Positions 1 to 12,000 of a DNA stretch of 64,000 bases are shown piece after piece. Position 1 is the stretch's first letter; each line of letters begins with the position of its first letter. The position numbers and the translations under genes were made by a program. The stretch is taken from contig NC_092675.1 of assembly GCF_964355755.1 (NCBI RefSeq), positions 26,260,912 to 26,324,911 on the forward strand. The letters run 5' to 3'. The stretch is from Antedon mediterranea (lineage: Eukaryota > Animalia > Echinodermata). The notes below the pieces were generated by a model that did not search any database, was not told the DNA's origin, and saw only the letters and a program-made list of their open reading frames with translations.

Positions 1-102
1 AAAAATGAATAAAACATACATTGGTTTCAAATTGTTTGTTATTATATTATTTCAACGTTCACATGGATGTAATGTTTACTTACAATATTTATTTCATTTC
101 AG

Positions 103-175
103 GAAAAACCCAAATCAAGAAAGTATTTACGAATTACCTGATGAAAATGCTTATGATTATAGTTATGAAAATTAG
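103..175 (+). CDS. Terminal coding exon of an upstream (mostly off-window) paralog with a short Tyr-rich cytoplasmic tail
   Basis: After the acceptor tttcatttcag, phase 2 reads KNPNQESIYELPDENAYDYSYEN*. It resembles the last exon of gene 1 (KNQDTTYELTGDDY...), with the same phase, a KN..Q start and YEL. Confidence 0.6.
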
Positions 176-511
176 TTGAAAGTAAAAATCATAGGATATC
201 GCGGGTGTATAATCTAGGACATTGAGCTTCAAATAGCAACGTTTTAATTATCTAACACAGTTAGCTGAATTTCAACCGCTCAACTGGCTCGCTTTAAAGT
301 AAACACTTAGGCCTAGCGAGAAGGAAACTGATAGAAAGCCTGGAAAAAAATACACTTTTCAAAATCAGATGCAAACCTTTCAAAGTATACTCGAATTACA
401 TTAAGTAGAATAAACACTATAACAACGTGCACATAGCTTATAGTTCCTGGTAAATTACCGGCTGTAAAAGAAAGTTTGTTTCCTACCTTACACTGATACG
501 AATACATTTTA

Positions 512-1144
512 AGTCCCATTCACTACGTTTTTAGATCTAATTTAAGGTCACAAACTACATTTAATGTAAAATAAATACCATATGGTCCTACTTGAGATAA
601 CTTTTTTCGTCTTTAAATGGTTAAATATGCAAAAAATAAGGCGATTCTAATCATTTTAGCGGCCCGCTATAAATCCCAACATACATTGTAGGCGGATAGA
701 TATTTTTGTTTTTCTTCTGTAATTCACTCACTTTTCGATCGATCGTGAGGCCCAATATACAAATGGAAGACTCCTTAGCGAAAATATTGGTTTTCCCCAA
801 GTTGTATCATCGGAGTCTGGCAAAACAGAAAGATAATTAATGCAGCAACTATACAACGTCAGGATAGGCATAATATGCTAGCGTACCGATGTTCGTACGT
901 TACCCATGTTTACCAGCTAGGCCTACAAAACTAAGCCTAGTTAGGCTAGGCCTAAAAACTGCCAACGCCGAGAGGTCATTCACCGTGACCTACTTAGGTA
1001 GTTAGTGCATTGTTTCTCTCTTCTTTATCATAATTTACCATAAAACGTACATTTCAGACAAGGAATGGTTTAATGTTTTAAAGTAATATATATGCAGTCT
1101 TTTTACATTTACAAAACGTCGACACAAGTGTAGGGAATGGGTCT
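512..1144. mobile_element. Non-autonomous DNA transposon (Kolobok-like MITE)
   Basis: Imperfect terminal inverted repeats AGTCCCATTCACTAC ... GTAGGGAATGGGTCT, flanked by TTTA/TTAA. TTAA target with AG termini is the Kolobok pattern. Confidence 0.5.
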
Positions 1145-4100
1145 TTAAATTCTTTTTAAACAGTTTTTGTATGGACATATCACCAATACTGTATTTTGTT
1201 TGAGTTATTTTACTTTATCCTGTTTTTTTTTTCAATGTTATTTTTATATAATAGGCCTCTATGTGCCATATTGAATATTATAATCAAACATATTATTGTA
1301 ACATAAAACTGTATTGAAAGTAATAATACTATTAAAAATATATATGCCTAGCTGAATATGAATCATTTGAGTATTAATATCCAATGTGCAAGGGAAATAT
1401 CCGTTAAACTTCCCTTGAAAAAAAGGCCGACATGCCAGACAGTGTAAACAACCTTCTTTATTGTGATTTTTTCCTGTTGAAAAGAAACCACGGCACGATA
1501 AACACTATATACTGTATTGTATACATTTCAATTGAATGATTCAACCAAAAACTATTAGGTGCTACTCATTCCATGTTTTAGACGTAAGTCGGAATAAGGT
1601 TTTGATTTCGATCTGACGCTAAACTCGGTAAGTAGGCCTAAGCCTAACTGACATTTTTAAACATAATATACCGTATCTTCACAGATTTTCATTAGTATCA
1701 ACCTTATAGTAATATAATTTATAAGGTTTTAAATAATTACGTATATTAATTTACGCTCGCTTCGCTCGCGTACCATCTAGGTCGTGCCCACAGATGGTTC
1801 TCGAATACATAATAATTTCAGCGTTAAAAAACTGGCGATTTCAAATGTACGTACCGCAGGACAATAATACATGTCGTGTACAGGAACGAATAAATAGACA
1901 CTGTGATTTATGTACTCAACTAAAATTAGCACCCTATTACTTCCGAAAGAGAAACTTGTCACAAAATAAGACCAATTGTTTAAGTCAAATTTAAACAAAC
2001 TTAATGTGTGTTTTGTATGTAACATTAGGGTTGAGGGATGGGGAAGAGGATGGGTGCAAAGAGGAACAATGTTAAAATATATTCTTTATCCATTTAGTAA
2101 CGAAATATTAATTGCTTTCATGTTTTACAAATAATATACCACTAAACACAGTAAAACATTGCGATGTAATACTTTGTTGAAACTATCACCGTCCTAGTCG
2201 ATTGAAATAGTACAGCACATGTAACGATACATCACTACGACGTGTATATGTTTATAATATAATGTAAAACAATTTGTGAAAACCACCTCTATTCGGGGAA
2301 AATCATAAATTCGATTTAATCGTCAATAAATATTAAATTATCTAACTCAACTTAATTAGTAGGCCTAATGGTTTTCAATTGTTTCTTAGAGCCAATTCAT
2401 ACTTAAGTTGGTTCCTACCCTACCCACCAAAGTTGTTCTGCGTTTAGGGCATGTGATGTACCGTAGGCCTATTCTCTACTGGTTTTACAACGCTACTCAT
2501 GCCAGTGAGGGAAAGGTGATGATGTGGGTGGTTTAACTGCAATAATAAAGATTTGTACATAATATACGGCGAGTGAAAACGCTAGCTCATTATCCGTTTA
2601 AAAAAAAATTATATCCAACCTCTGCAGCACAGATTGAAAACAAAAATGGATCGAATTTCGAGTATACAGTGCTGTACTTGCCTTTACGACACCTGAGGGA
2701 ATAGACACTTGTGAAACAGAGATTGGAATGTTCCATTCATCGCAAATCAATACATTTGTATAATCGTATATTAAATCTATCAAAATAGCATTTTTTATAG
2801 AAAATCGGCCTGTCTTCAACATTATGATGCTGTACTCTAGCTGTCCAACCAGTTTTTAGCTATTAAAAACAATTATCGTAGGAGGAGATAGGAAAATGTG
2901 AAGCCTCCTCGTATTTTTGTGGCGGGTATTTTTCAAGATGGACATCCATTAGACAGTGTATACCACGATCGGAAAACACCCCTATTTGGGGCAAATCGTT
3001 GAACCTAAATTCGTTTTAATCGTCAATAACTAATTACCTAACTCAATTTAATTAGTAAACAGGGTTACATCAGATGGTTAAAATCAGTACCGAAAGTATG
3101 AACCAACTTTATATACCATCGAGTAGAAATTCTAGAAATAAACCGAGATTTACCGAATTTTGCCCTTACGTAAATTTATATATAGATGCAATATATATAT
3201 AACACGATTTTGTGCCATAACGGATTTCTACAATCCGCATTATTTATAGAATTTCATTAAAAAAAAGCTGTCATTAGAATTAAAAATATTATTTGAAAAA
3301 AACACATGTGGTTGTAAGACTTGTTTAATTATTGAGAAAGCATACAGTTTGATCAGTGGGACAGCCAGTCGACAAATCGTGTCAAATTTCGACTTGGAGA
3401 GGGCGCCCTACTTTTCTAATTTAGTTCAAAATTGCTAAATTTTAGGGTGTTGGAAAAACATAATATTTGTAAATTTAGCTGATTATCGGAAAAATATTGT
3501 TAGTGAAATAAATTCATAAATGGTTTTAATATATTGTCATGTAAAATTAAATGTATTTGAACAAAACGATAATCTGTAATTTAACGGCAAAATCAACCAA
3601 TGTCTTTTTTTCGAAATTGTACCCTAGAAAATCATTAAAATAAAATATTTAGAAAAATTGAACAGTCCTGAATTTAAAATCCCTGTTAGAAAAATTAATA
3701 ATCTACAGAATACGATATTAAGATACAAAATTCGGTGGTTGGGATGCAGCTCCGACTATTCAAACTAAAGGTACCACTATTTGTTTCATCGAAAACTAGC
3801 GAAACCGCCACATCGTCATCGTGTTTATGAATTTATTTATATCGAACGATATACGCGATGTTTATAATTGTCCGCGTATAAGAATTCATATAAATAAATA
3901 CATTCCAATACAACGTATATTATTACTTGTTTATTTATCACAGTATACATTTTAGTTGAGGAATATTTATCATAACTATTATAATAGCTTTTATACGAGT
4001 CCGAGGCCTAGCCCTATTAGCGACCGATTGTTCCAGGGGCGGAAAGTCACTTAGTGACGTTGTGATCGGGCGCGTCGGGCCTAGCTAATATTAATAATAT

Positions 4101-6278
4101 GACCTGAAATAAGCGGCTAACAAGAACTGTTATATACTTGCTTACAATTGTTTTGTTATTGATGAACAAACAAGCAATTAGATTGAATAACAAATTATTT
4201 ATTCATTTTTTTTGGGTAAAAACATGTACAAACTAGTACTGTATAATATAAATTATAATATTAGTAATATTAAACTAATACAGTATTAATAAAATATAAA
4301 AAAATAGGCCTAACATACAATAAATATTCAATTTCTAAGGTCTACCACATGACAATAACATAATTTACAGAGTATAGTGTAGTAGGTTTGCATTCAACAT
4401 AAATATTTGTAATTCAACATTTTGTTTTAAATAATTAAATTATAGTTTGGGTATGACAATGTCGGTAGGTACCGGTGTCATCTTTTTATCCACTTCACTC
4501 TCAGTTTGAAGTCACAAAGACAAAGAACTCTGCATCATCAACGATTCCTGAAAGTGTCAGAAAAAATAATAAATATTATTTAAAAAAATGTTAATGTCTG
4601 GTTGTATATATAATTATAATATTATATGATGACATAAAAGTAAGGCAAATGAAAGCTGTATTTTATTAATTAAATTACAGTATTTATTTACTATTATTAT
4701 TTATATAATCTAGGCCTACTGGTACTAGAAGCCTAATAAATCAAATAATAAATGAAAAATAAAATAATAATATTAATACTGATTGAAAAAAAGTATTTTT
4801 TTTGCGGGGATCAGATCACCAGGCTAGGCCGGCCAGGACCAATGATACTCGTAATCAGTACAACTTAACGACTATCGGATCAGCATCAACACAGTACAAC
4901 ACACGTCTCGCTATCGCCTATACTGAAACACGTGTCTCGCGTTGCCGAAACCACGCTCACAGCTAGAAAATGTACCTACCTTTCGAGGCCTGAGAATACA
5001 CCAACAAATTTTGAACAGGATAGAAATATATCATACTCGATTAAACTAATATTATTCATGATAAAACAATTGATTATAATCTTTTTAATTTGTTGGGATG
5101 CACCTCCGACTATTCAGAAAATGGACAACAAAACAGTAGTCAAATCGTACCACATTTATAAATTTCACGAGTCCCGACTTCAGTCGCCGAATGTATTGTA
5201 TTAGCTTCGGTTTCTTTGAAGGAAACCGATTGGTAATTATTCAATAATACTTATTAGGAAATGCTTTTACCATAATAGGTAATGTTGGGCGGTTCTTAAA
5301 TATTCATGAGAGCTTAAAATAAAACAGCACTTATTTGCTAGGCGACGAAAAATCGTGGTTTCAGTTTTCAACGATAGGTGGCGCTTCAAAATCGTCAATG
5401 CGGAAGTAAGTCGATTTTACACGATTTAACGGTCAAAACGCGAAGTGGCTTTCCCACTGTGATAATGTCAGCCATAGTGTACATTATGGTGCATTTTGGA
5501 GATAATAAAAGATCAATAAAATAGATCGACAATATGCAAGTCCTTGTTTATTCTATAAATATATAATTCGCTATCATTTTCATAATTATAGAAAAAAAGA
5601 TACTAGCTTTTTTAGGTTAAAATATAGGCCCTACTGTCCGTTTTACAAAACAAAAATAGGCATTACACAATGAGTTTTGTTTGGATTATGAGCTTCTTAT
5701 TTAAACTAGGTTTAATGTGCAGAAACTACTTTATTTAAAAAATAAATAAATGGTATGGGCAAAAAAAAACTTTACAATGTCCATTTTTTTCGCGAAGTAC
5801 ACACAAAACAAAGAAAACAAATTTTAATAACTGCAGAATATTTTTAATTTTTAATCATTCATTGTTTTAATACAAATAGCTGAATAAAAATGAATGAAAA
5901 AAATAAATTAATAATAAAACAAGCAGCTGACGAGATTCGACGCGATTAAGATTATATAAGACAACTAAGATTATATAAATTTATGTTTTAAGTTATGGAT
6001 TATATACATTTATCTTCTTATATAACTCATTCATTTAAATCCTTTAAAATTAACACTATTTTGACAGGAAGGAAAACAATTAGGTAAATAAGTTTATATT
6101 GTTGAACATTGGTTGTGATAAATTGATTTTCACATTTTCTGACTTGTAATTCTACCATTTTTAGATTGTATATTTCCTGAAGTACACACACAAATCGTGC
6201 ACTGTATTGTGGTTGTGTTGTTGTTTATTATATTTTGTCTGAAATCCTAATTCAACCATGCGTAAAATAGAAAGCCTA

Positions 6279-6677
6279 CCGTATTTATGCAAATAAACGC
6301 CTCAGCGTTTTTAAGGGGAAGTTTATTCAAAGGAGGCGTTTATTCAGGGGAGGGATTTTTGTTTGGTGTAATATGATAACATGTAAATCGAATAAATACC
6401 CCTAGATATGAAAAAACACAATTAATATCAAGAATTCCAATAAAAGTATCAACATGTTTGGTAAATAATGCAGAGCTTGCCATCAATCATTGAATTCTAC
6501 TCTAAAAAATGTGTTTATATATTATGTATATATGCATGTGACAGGGGCTTTTATTCGAGGAAATAAATACGCACCCCTGAGCGTTTATTCGAGGGGCGTT
6601 TATTCCAAATGATAATGGGGGAGTTTATTCAAGAGAGGCGTTTATTCAACGCGGGGTGTTTATTCGAATAAATACGG
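6279..6677. mobile_element. Tc1/mariner-superfamily MITE
   Basis: TIRs CCGTATTTATGCAAATAAAC / GTTTATTCGAATAAATACGG, TA on both sides, multiple internal GCGTTTATTC subterminal repeats. A related degenerate piece lies at about 24185-24270. Confidence 0.75.
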
Positions 6678-7128
6678 TACTTCCTTATTACATGTTTAGA
6701 AACGAAATAGGCCTAATACCCATTGTATCGGTATAATTTCTATTATTTAGCTAAAGTCTATATTAACCTTAACGTAATATGTTTATTAAAGGCACATGTA
6801 TGGTATCTGTTCAGAATATTTGCATTTCTTGTATCATATTATAATTCTTACTGTACGTCATGACAGATAATTATATTACAAATTTAAATAACATTCATCA
6901 ATGAATAATCAGAATCATCATAATAAACTGTACCAGAAGATCCACTGAAAAAGATTGTATATAACCGTTTCGATCTAGATTATTTAAGTACGGTAATAAC
7001 AATTCAACAAGTAAAACACGCTTTATAATGCTGACAAGTTATTCAATACTAATCAATAATAATTAATACTAATTTCCATTATCAATTATAAGTTATTATA
7101 TTTAATTTTTTTTTTGTAATAGAAAAAC

Positions 7129-9029
7129 ATGATTGTTACAACTCTAATCGTTATTGAAGCTATTGTTTCATGCCTAGGTAAGTGCAAATTGTTATTATAA
7201 GGAGGAGGCTGTTTAGGCTGATATTTGAAGTAAGAATATATAAAATAAGGTATTTCTTATATTTTCTGGGAGAAGGTGATACGTATACAGAAAGTTACAT
7301 CCACAAAATGTATTCAAAGTGAATATGTTCATTCGTGCAATACCTTTAGTTTGATGATATCCCTTTTTACGTGTAATTCAACATTTCTAAATACCTTCAT
7401 GTAAATGTCTTACACAGTTTATTGTCTATCAACATAGAACCGTTCGTGCGAGAATCGAGGAGTTCTTCTAAACTAAGCATAATGTTACGTCACGTTTATT
7501 TGAAACAATTAATAGCTTACTTAATGTACATAACCAAATCTAATATTATGTTAAATTATATTATTTGATGTTTTAGATTTTTTTATATGTGGAAAGTTAA
7601 GACAATCGATTTTCCTATTAGTATGAATCAGTCTAACTAAAAACAAAACATAAAATGTAATTATGTATTATTTTAAATTTATTTAATATTATTTTGTTTG
7701 TTTTTCTTATTTAGGGAATGATGAATATATAACAGTTTTGAATATTAATCCACAAAGCAACAGTGACAATCCGTACCAATGTTACACTCCTAACTCATTT
7801 ACTAATTTTAGTTTGAGTTACGGTAGATCATTTGCAACACTACTCACTGAAAGTTTAACTGAAACATCGTGGGACTTGATGGATGATCATAGATATGTAA
7901 CACCTGAAGTTGGCATGGGGGTGTACTATTGCAAGATGGTGAAAGATGGTGTCACTACAATCATTCAAACTACTAAAATACGAAACGATGGTAAGCTAGA
8001 TTTTCTATAATCATAGAGGAAATAAATGCTTATGTATACTATTGCATGTGCTTTCTATATATCACATAAATAATTTACAAACATTTTAAAATAATATTAG
8101 GTAGGGGATCTTTCTTCACCATTAAAATGACTGTAATTTTTGCCACGAGCACACCGATAAAAAATCCTGCTACTGGTTTGGACGTTCCGGGTATCTAAAA
8201 AGAAACAAGATAAATGTTTATTTACACGTCCATTAACACCGTTTTATTATCAACAGCCATTGTTACACCAGCAAACTATAAAAACACAGTGACCACTAAT
8301 ATTGGCGATGCTGTCACAATTGGATTTGATACAGAATTTTCATCGCTTTACTGGAGAAAAGATGGTGTTCTAATAACAGGAATGTTGACGTCTGAAAATA
8401 GCATGACCGTTAACGCTGTAACCACCCTTAATGCTGGAGTTTACGAGATGTATGTAGCTGGCGATCGGTCAAATCGTAGACATTCATTTGTAAAATTGAT
8501 TGTACGAGGTAAACATTATACATACAGTAATCATAAAGAAAGTAATATAATTTATATATGAATAAAAATACTGAAAGATGAGGGCGTAGCAATTTGATCT
8601 CTGTTGCGCGTGCGTACAACTGAGGACTAGTGCTGTTCCGCCGTACCACGCCGAGAATGTTAAAGAGTCGCTATCCAATCGAGTTTGAACAATACCATGA
8701 AAGCCCCAGTGGTCTAATGGTTAGGACATCAGGACATCTGCATATCAAGCAGGCGGTCCGAGTTCGAGCCTCGGTTGGGGCGACTTTTTCTCATTCTCAC
8801 AGATTTCCTAATTTTATCGTTTCAAATTAATTAATTAAATTTCAGTATATCACCGGGCGGTTTCGAATTAATGTCCATTGCCTAATGTGTTTATATATAT
8901 AAAAGTATCTCTTCGGAGATCCCGCCTCGTGAATAAAAATACTGAAAGATGAGGGCGTATCAATTTGATCTCTGTTGCGCGTGCGTACAACTGAGGACTA
9001 GTGCTGTTTCGCCGTACCACGCCGAGAAT

Positions 9030-9069
<40 letters not shown>

Positions 9070-12000
9070 AAATCAGGCAAAGAAAATTAATTCTAAACCG
9101 CCCGGTGATACATACTGAAATTTAATTAATTAATTTGAAACGATAAAGATGAGGAAATCTGTGAGAATGAGAAAAAGTCGCCCCAACCGAGACTCGAACT
9201 CGGACCGCCTGCTTGATATGCAGATTTCACAAATCAAATTCCACCCTCATCATCATTTTGTGCATGCACAAATCATTTTCACAAAAATGTACATACATTT
9301 GGATCATACATTGCTTCATATTTCTTTAAGGAATGTGACTGCTTGATGACAATACACCATGTTTGTATTTATTTTTTCGCAGCATGTCCACGTCACAAAT
9401 GGGGTCCACCTGACTGCACTGGTGACTGTGAATACTGCTATAATGGAGGCGTATGTGATGACAAAACAGGATTCTGTATCTGTGCACCAGGATTTAAGGG
9501 ATCTTCATGTGCAATTGGTAAGGTATATAGTCACTATATAACACAAACCTACACCACCACCGCGGGAAACATTACATTTTCTTCTTTTATCGTTTTGTGA
9601 TCAAATTATTTATTTGATATACACCAACACAGATGCGTCTTCGTGATGCTAAAGCACGAACATGTATTTATAAACTTGTTATTTATTTTGTCTCACATCA
9701 AAGCCGATTCGGTCTGATTTAAAAAATGCTTTGGTAGAATTGTTCTTTTCAGAAGGCGGCAGACGACCAAATAATTCAGTTTACTAAATAAGGCCGATTT
9801 ACACAGAAAAGCGCTACCGGTAAGCGGAAACCGCGTGCTTGGCCATGTATCTGTATCTATCCTGAGAGGGTTTCCGCTCAACTCCGCGTTTTGTGTAAAT
9901 GGTCATAAGAAAAATTATGATTCTATATTATATCTACGTTACCGGATAAGAGATGTTACATTTCGAGTATGTATATTAGGAAAACCACAATTCTAGTATA
10001 CAACCATCAAGCAGAGATCGAAATATAAATCAAAGATTACCAGAATATATTTCCATCAAAATGAGAATGAAATAATGTTGCAATCCGATTGGTACAAACG
10101 ATTGATGCAAATTGTCAAGACACGGTATCTTTTTGATGGGACGATTAATGATGCCATATTATAGGCATCGTCAATATATCAAATGCATTGGTCAGATCGG
10201 GGAAAAGTTAACTCTTCCCTGGTCAGATATACATGTTGTAAAATTCTCAGAAATTGAGAAATACATCTGCTTTGAAAACCTAGCAGGACAGGCGTCTCAT
10301 ATTTCCAACAGCAAAAGTCGACGGAATAATGAGATATTCATTGCAACTGCAACCATTACTAAACATGTTATATCATTATTGAGAGTCTGCTTGTAATTTA
10401 TGTTTCATTGTTTAGAATGCGGTGGCAATAAGCATAGTTGGAATTGTGAAAGGGTTTGCGCCAGTAGTCGTGATGAAAGTAAATGCAGAAACTTTCAGTT
10501 TTGCTTACCTGATCCATATGGATGTAGCTGTGTTACCGGTTACAAAGGATTGAAATGCGATACAGGTAGATAGATATACAATGTCTCCAACATTCTAGGA
10601 TATTTTAGAAAAGTTCTATTAAACGATTTTAATTCCAAAAGGTTATGGTTGCCTTTGAAATATGTTTATATCTTCTAATCTTTTTTTTTCAATGCAAACT
10701 ATGCAATTTTATAGCAACATTGAAGAGTGAACATTTTACTAGATAGCATTAATTATTACAACTTTAGTTTGTAACTGATTCGTATCGATCTTTTTTTTTC
10801 ACAACGTTCCAACAAAAGACTATGCAGCTATCTAATAAGGCCGTATACATGGCTGCAGTCGCGTGATCAAGTTAGTGTTTACCGACCGACCAACCGACCA
10901 ATCAACATAGTGAGCTGTAGAGTCGCGTTGCACGCGACTAAAAATTGCTCTGCACACAATCTAAAATATATGAGCATGCGCAGCGTTGGTTGCTGCGTAG
11001 TTGACTGTAGTGAAAACAAAATTTCCGTTATCAAGCGTTATAGATGTTAACTTAACCAGCTATATGCCCTTTTTCCTTTAACAGCCTTAGTGTTGGCGTT
11101 TAAAAAAGTGGCATTGCAATTGAAATACAAATTAACATTCAATATTATAATCAACATTTATATCGACGAAACACACATTTTTTCTATATTTTTACAGAAT
11201 GTTCGTCGGGTACATTTGGTGCAGATTGTGCTCAAACTTGTCACTGTAAACAAGGTGGTTGTGATCGGTATACAGGAATATGCACTAACTCATCTTGTGC
11301 ATTTCCATGGATGGGATCTAACTGTCAAAGTATGCACATTTTTGCTTTACTTTTAGCACAGAAATCTTGGTGAGGTTCTGTAAAGCAAACTTAATTGATT
11401 TATTGTTACCTGTAAGGGACTAGGTCTAGAATTCCACACATAAGAAATAATGTACGTACAGTTTTTGTATAATAGCATTCTTCAAATATGCTACACAGTA
11501 TACACAGTATCGTAGGCATATATATTATAGGTTCCTGATCAGTAGCCTATACTAAGAATTAAGAATGTCGTGACAAAATGACATAGACTTAATAAAGATA
11601 AAGCCACATTTATCCATTTAGGCTACATATTCTGTACTGATTTGTAGATAAATACTTTTGTTGTAGTGTGCCAGCCTAATCTGTTTGGAGAAAACTGTGA
11701 AACTGAGTGTAAACAGCCATGTGAATGTCATAGAATAAATGGAAAGTGCATCCAAGGAACATGTTTTTCCAATTTCCTTAAACCAAATTGTGTACCAATA
11801 TATGGTGGAAATCTGAAGGCTAATATTTCAAGTTCCTCTGTTGATATACAGTGGACGACAGGCAATATAAATGGTCAGGTTGTTGGATACTTTTTAAACC
11901 ACAAACTGAGCAACACGAATGATTGGAAGAAGGAATTCTATAATACATCCTTATCAGGCACCATTACCGACTTGATGACGGACACAGAATACACTTTTGG

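Noticed and set aside
1200-5500. Short ORFs and repeated segments (2281 vs 2977; 3738 vs 5092; possible TIRs 2839/3367) in the first spacer
   Set aside because: Probably decayed transposon pieces; no TSDs or coding motifs clear enough to call.
8620-8665. CTGAGGA as hammerhead ribozyme core
   Set aside because: No correctly placed GAAA and stem II/III on the same strand could be found by eye.
8703-8781. Possible tRNA gene
   Set aside because: Irregular anticodon arm with a duplicated AGGACATC, embedded in a dispersed repeat; treated as tRNA-derived.
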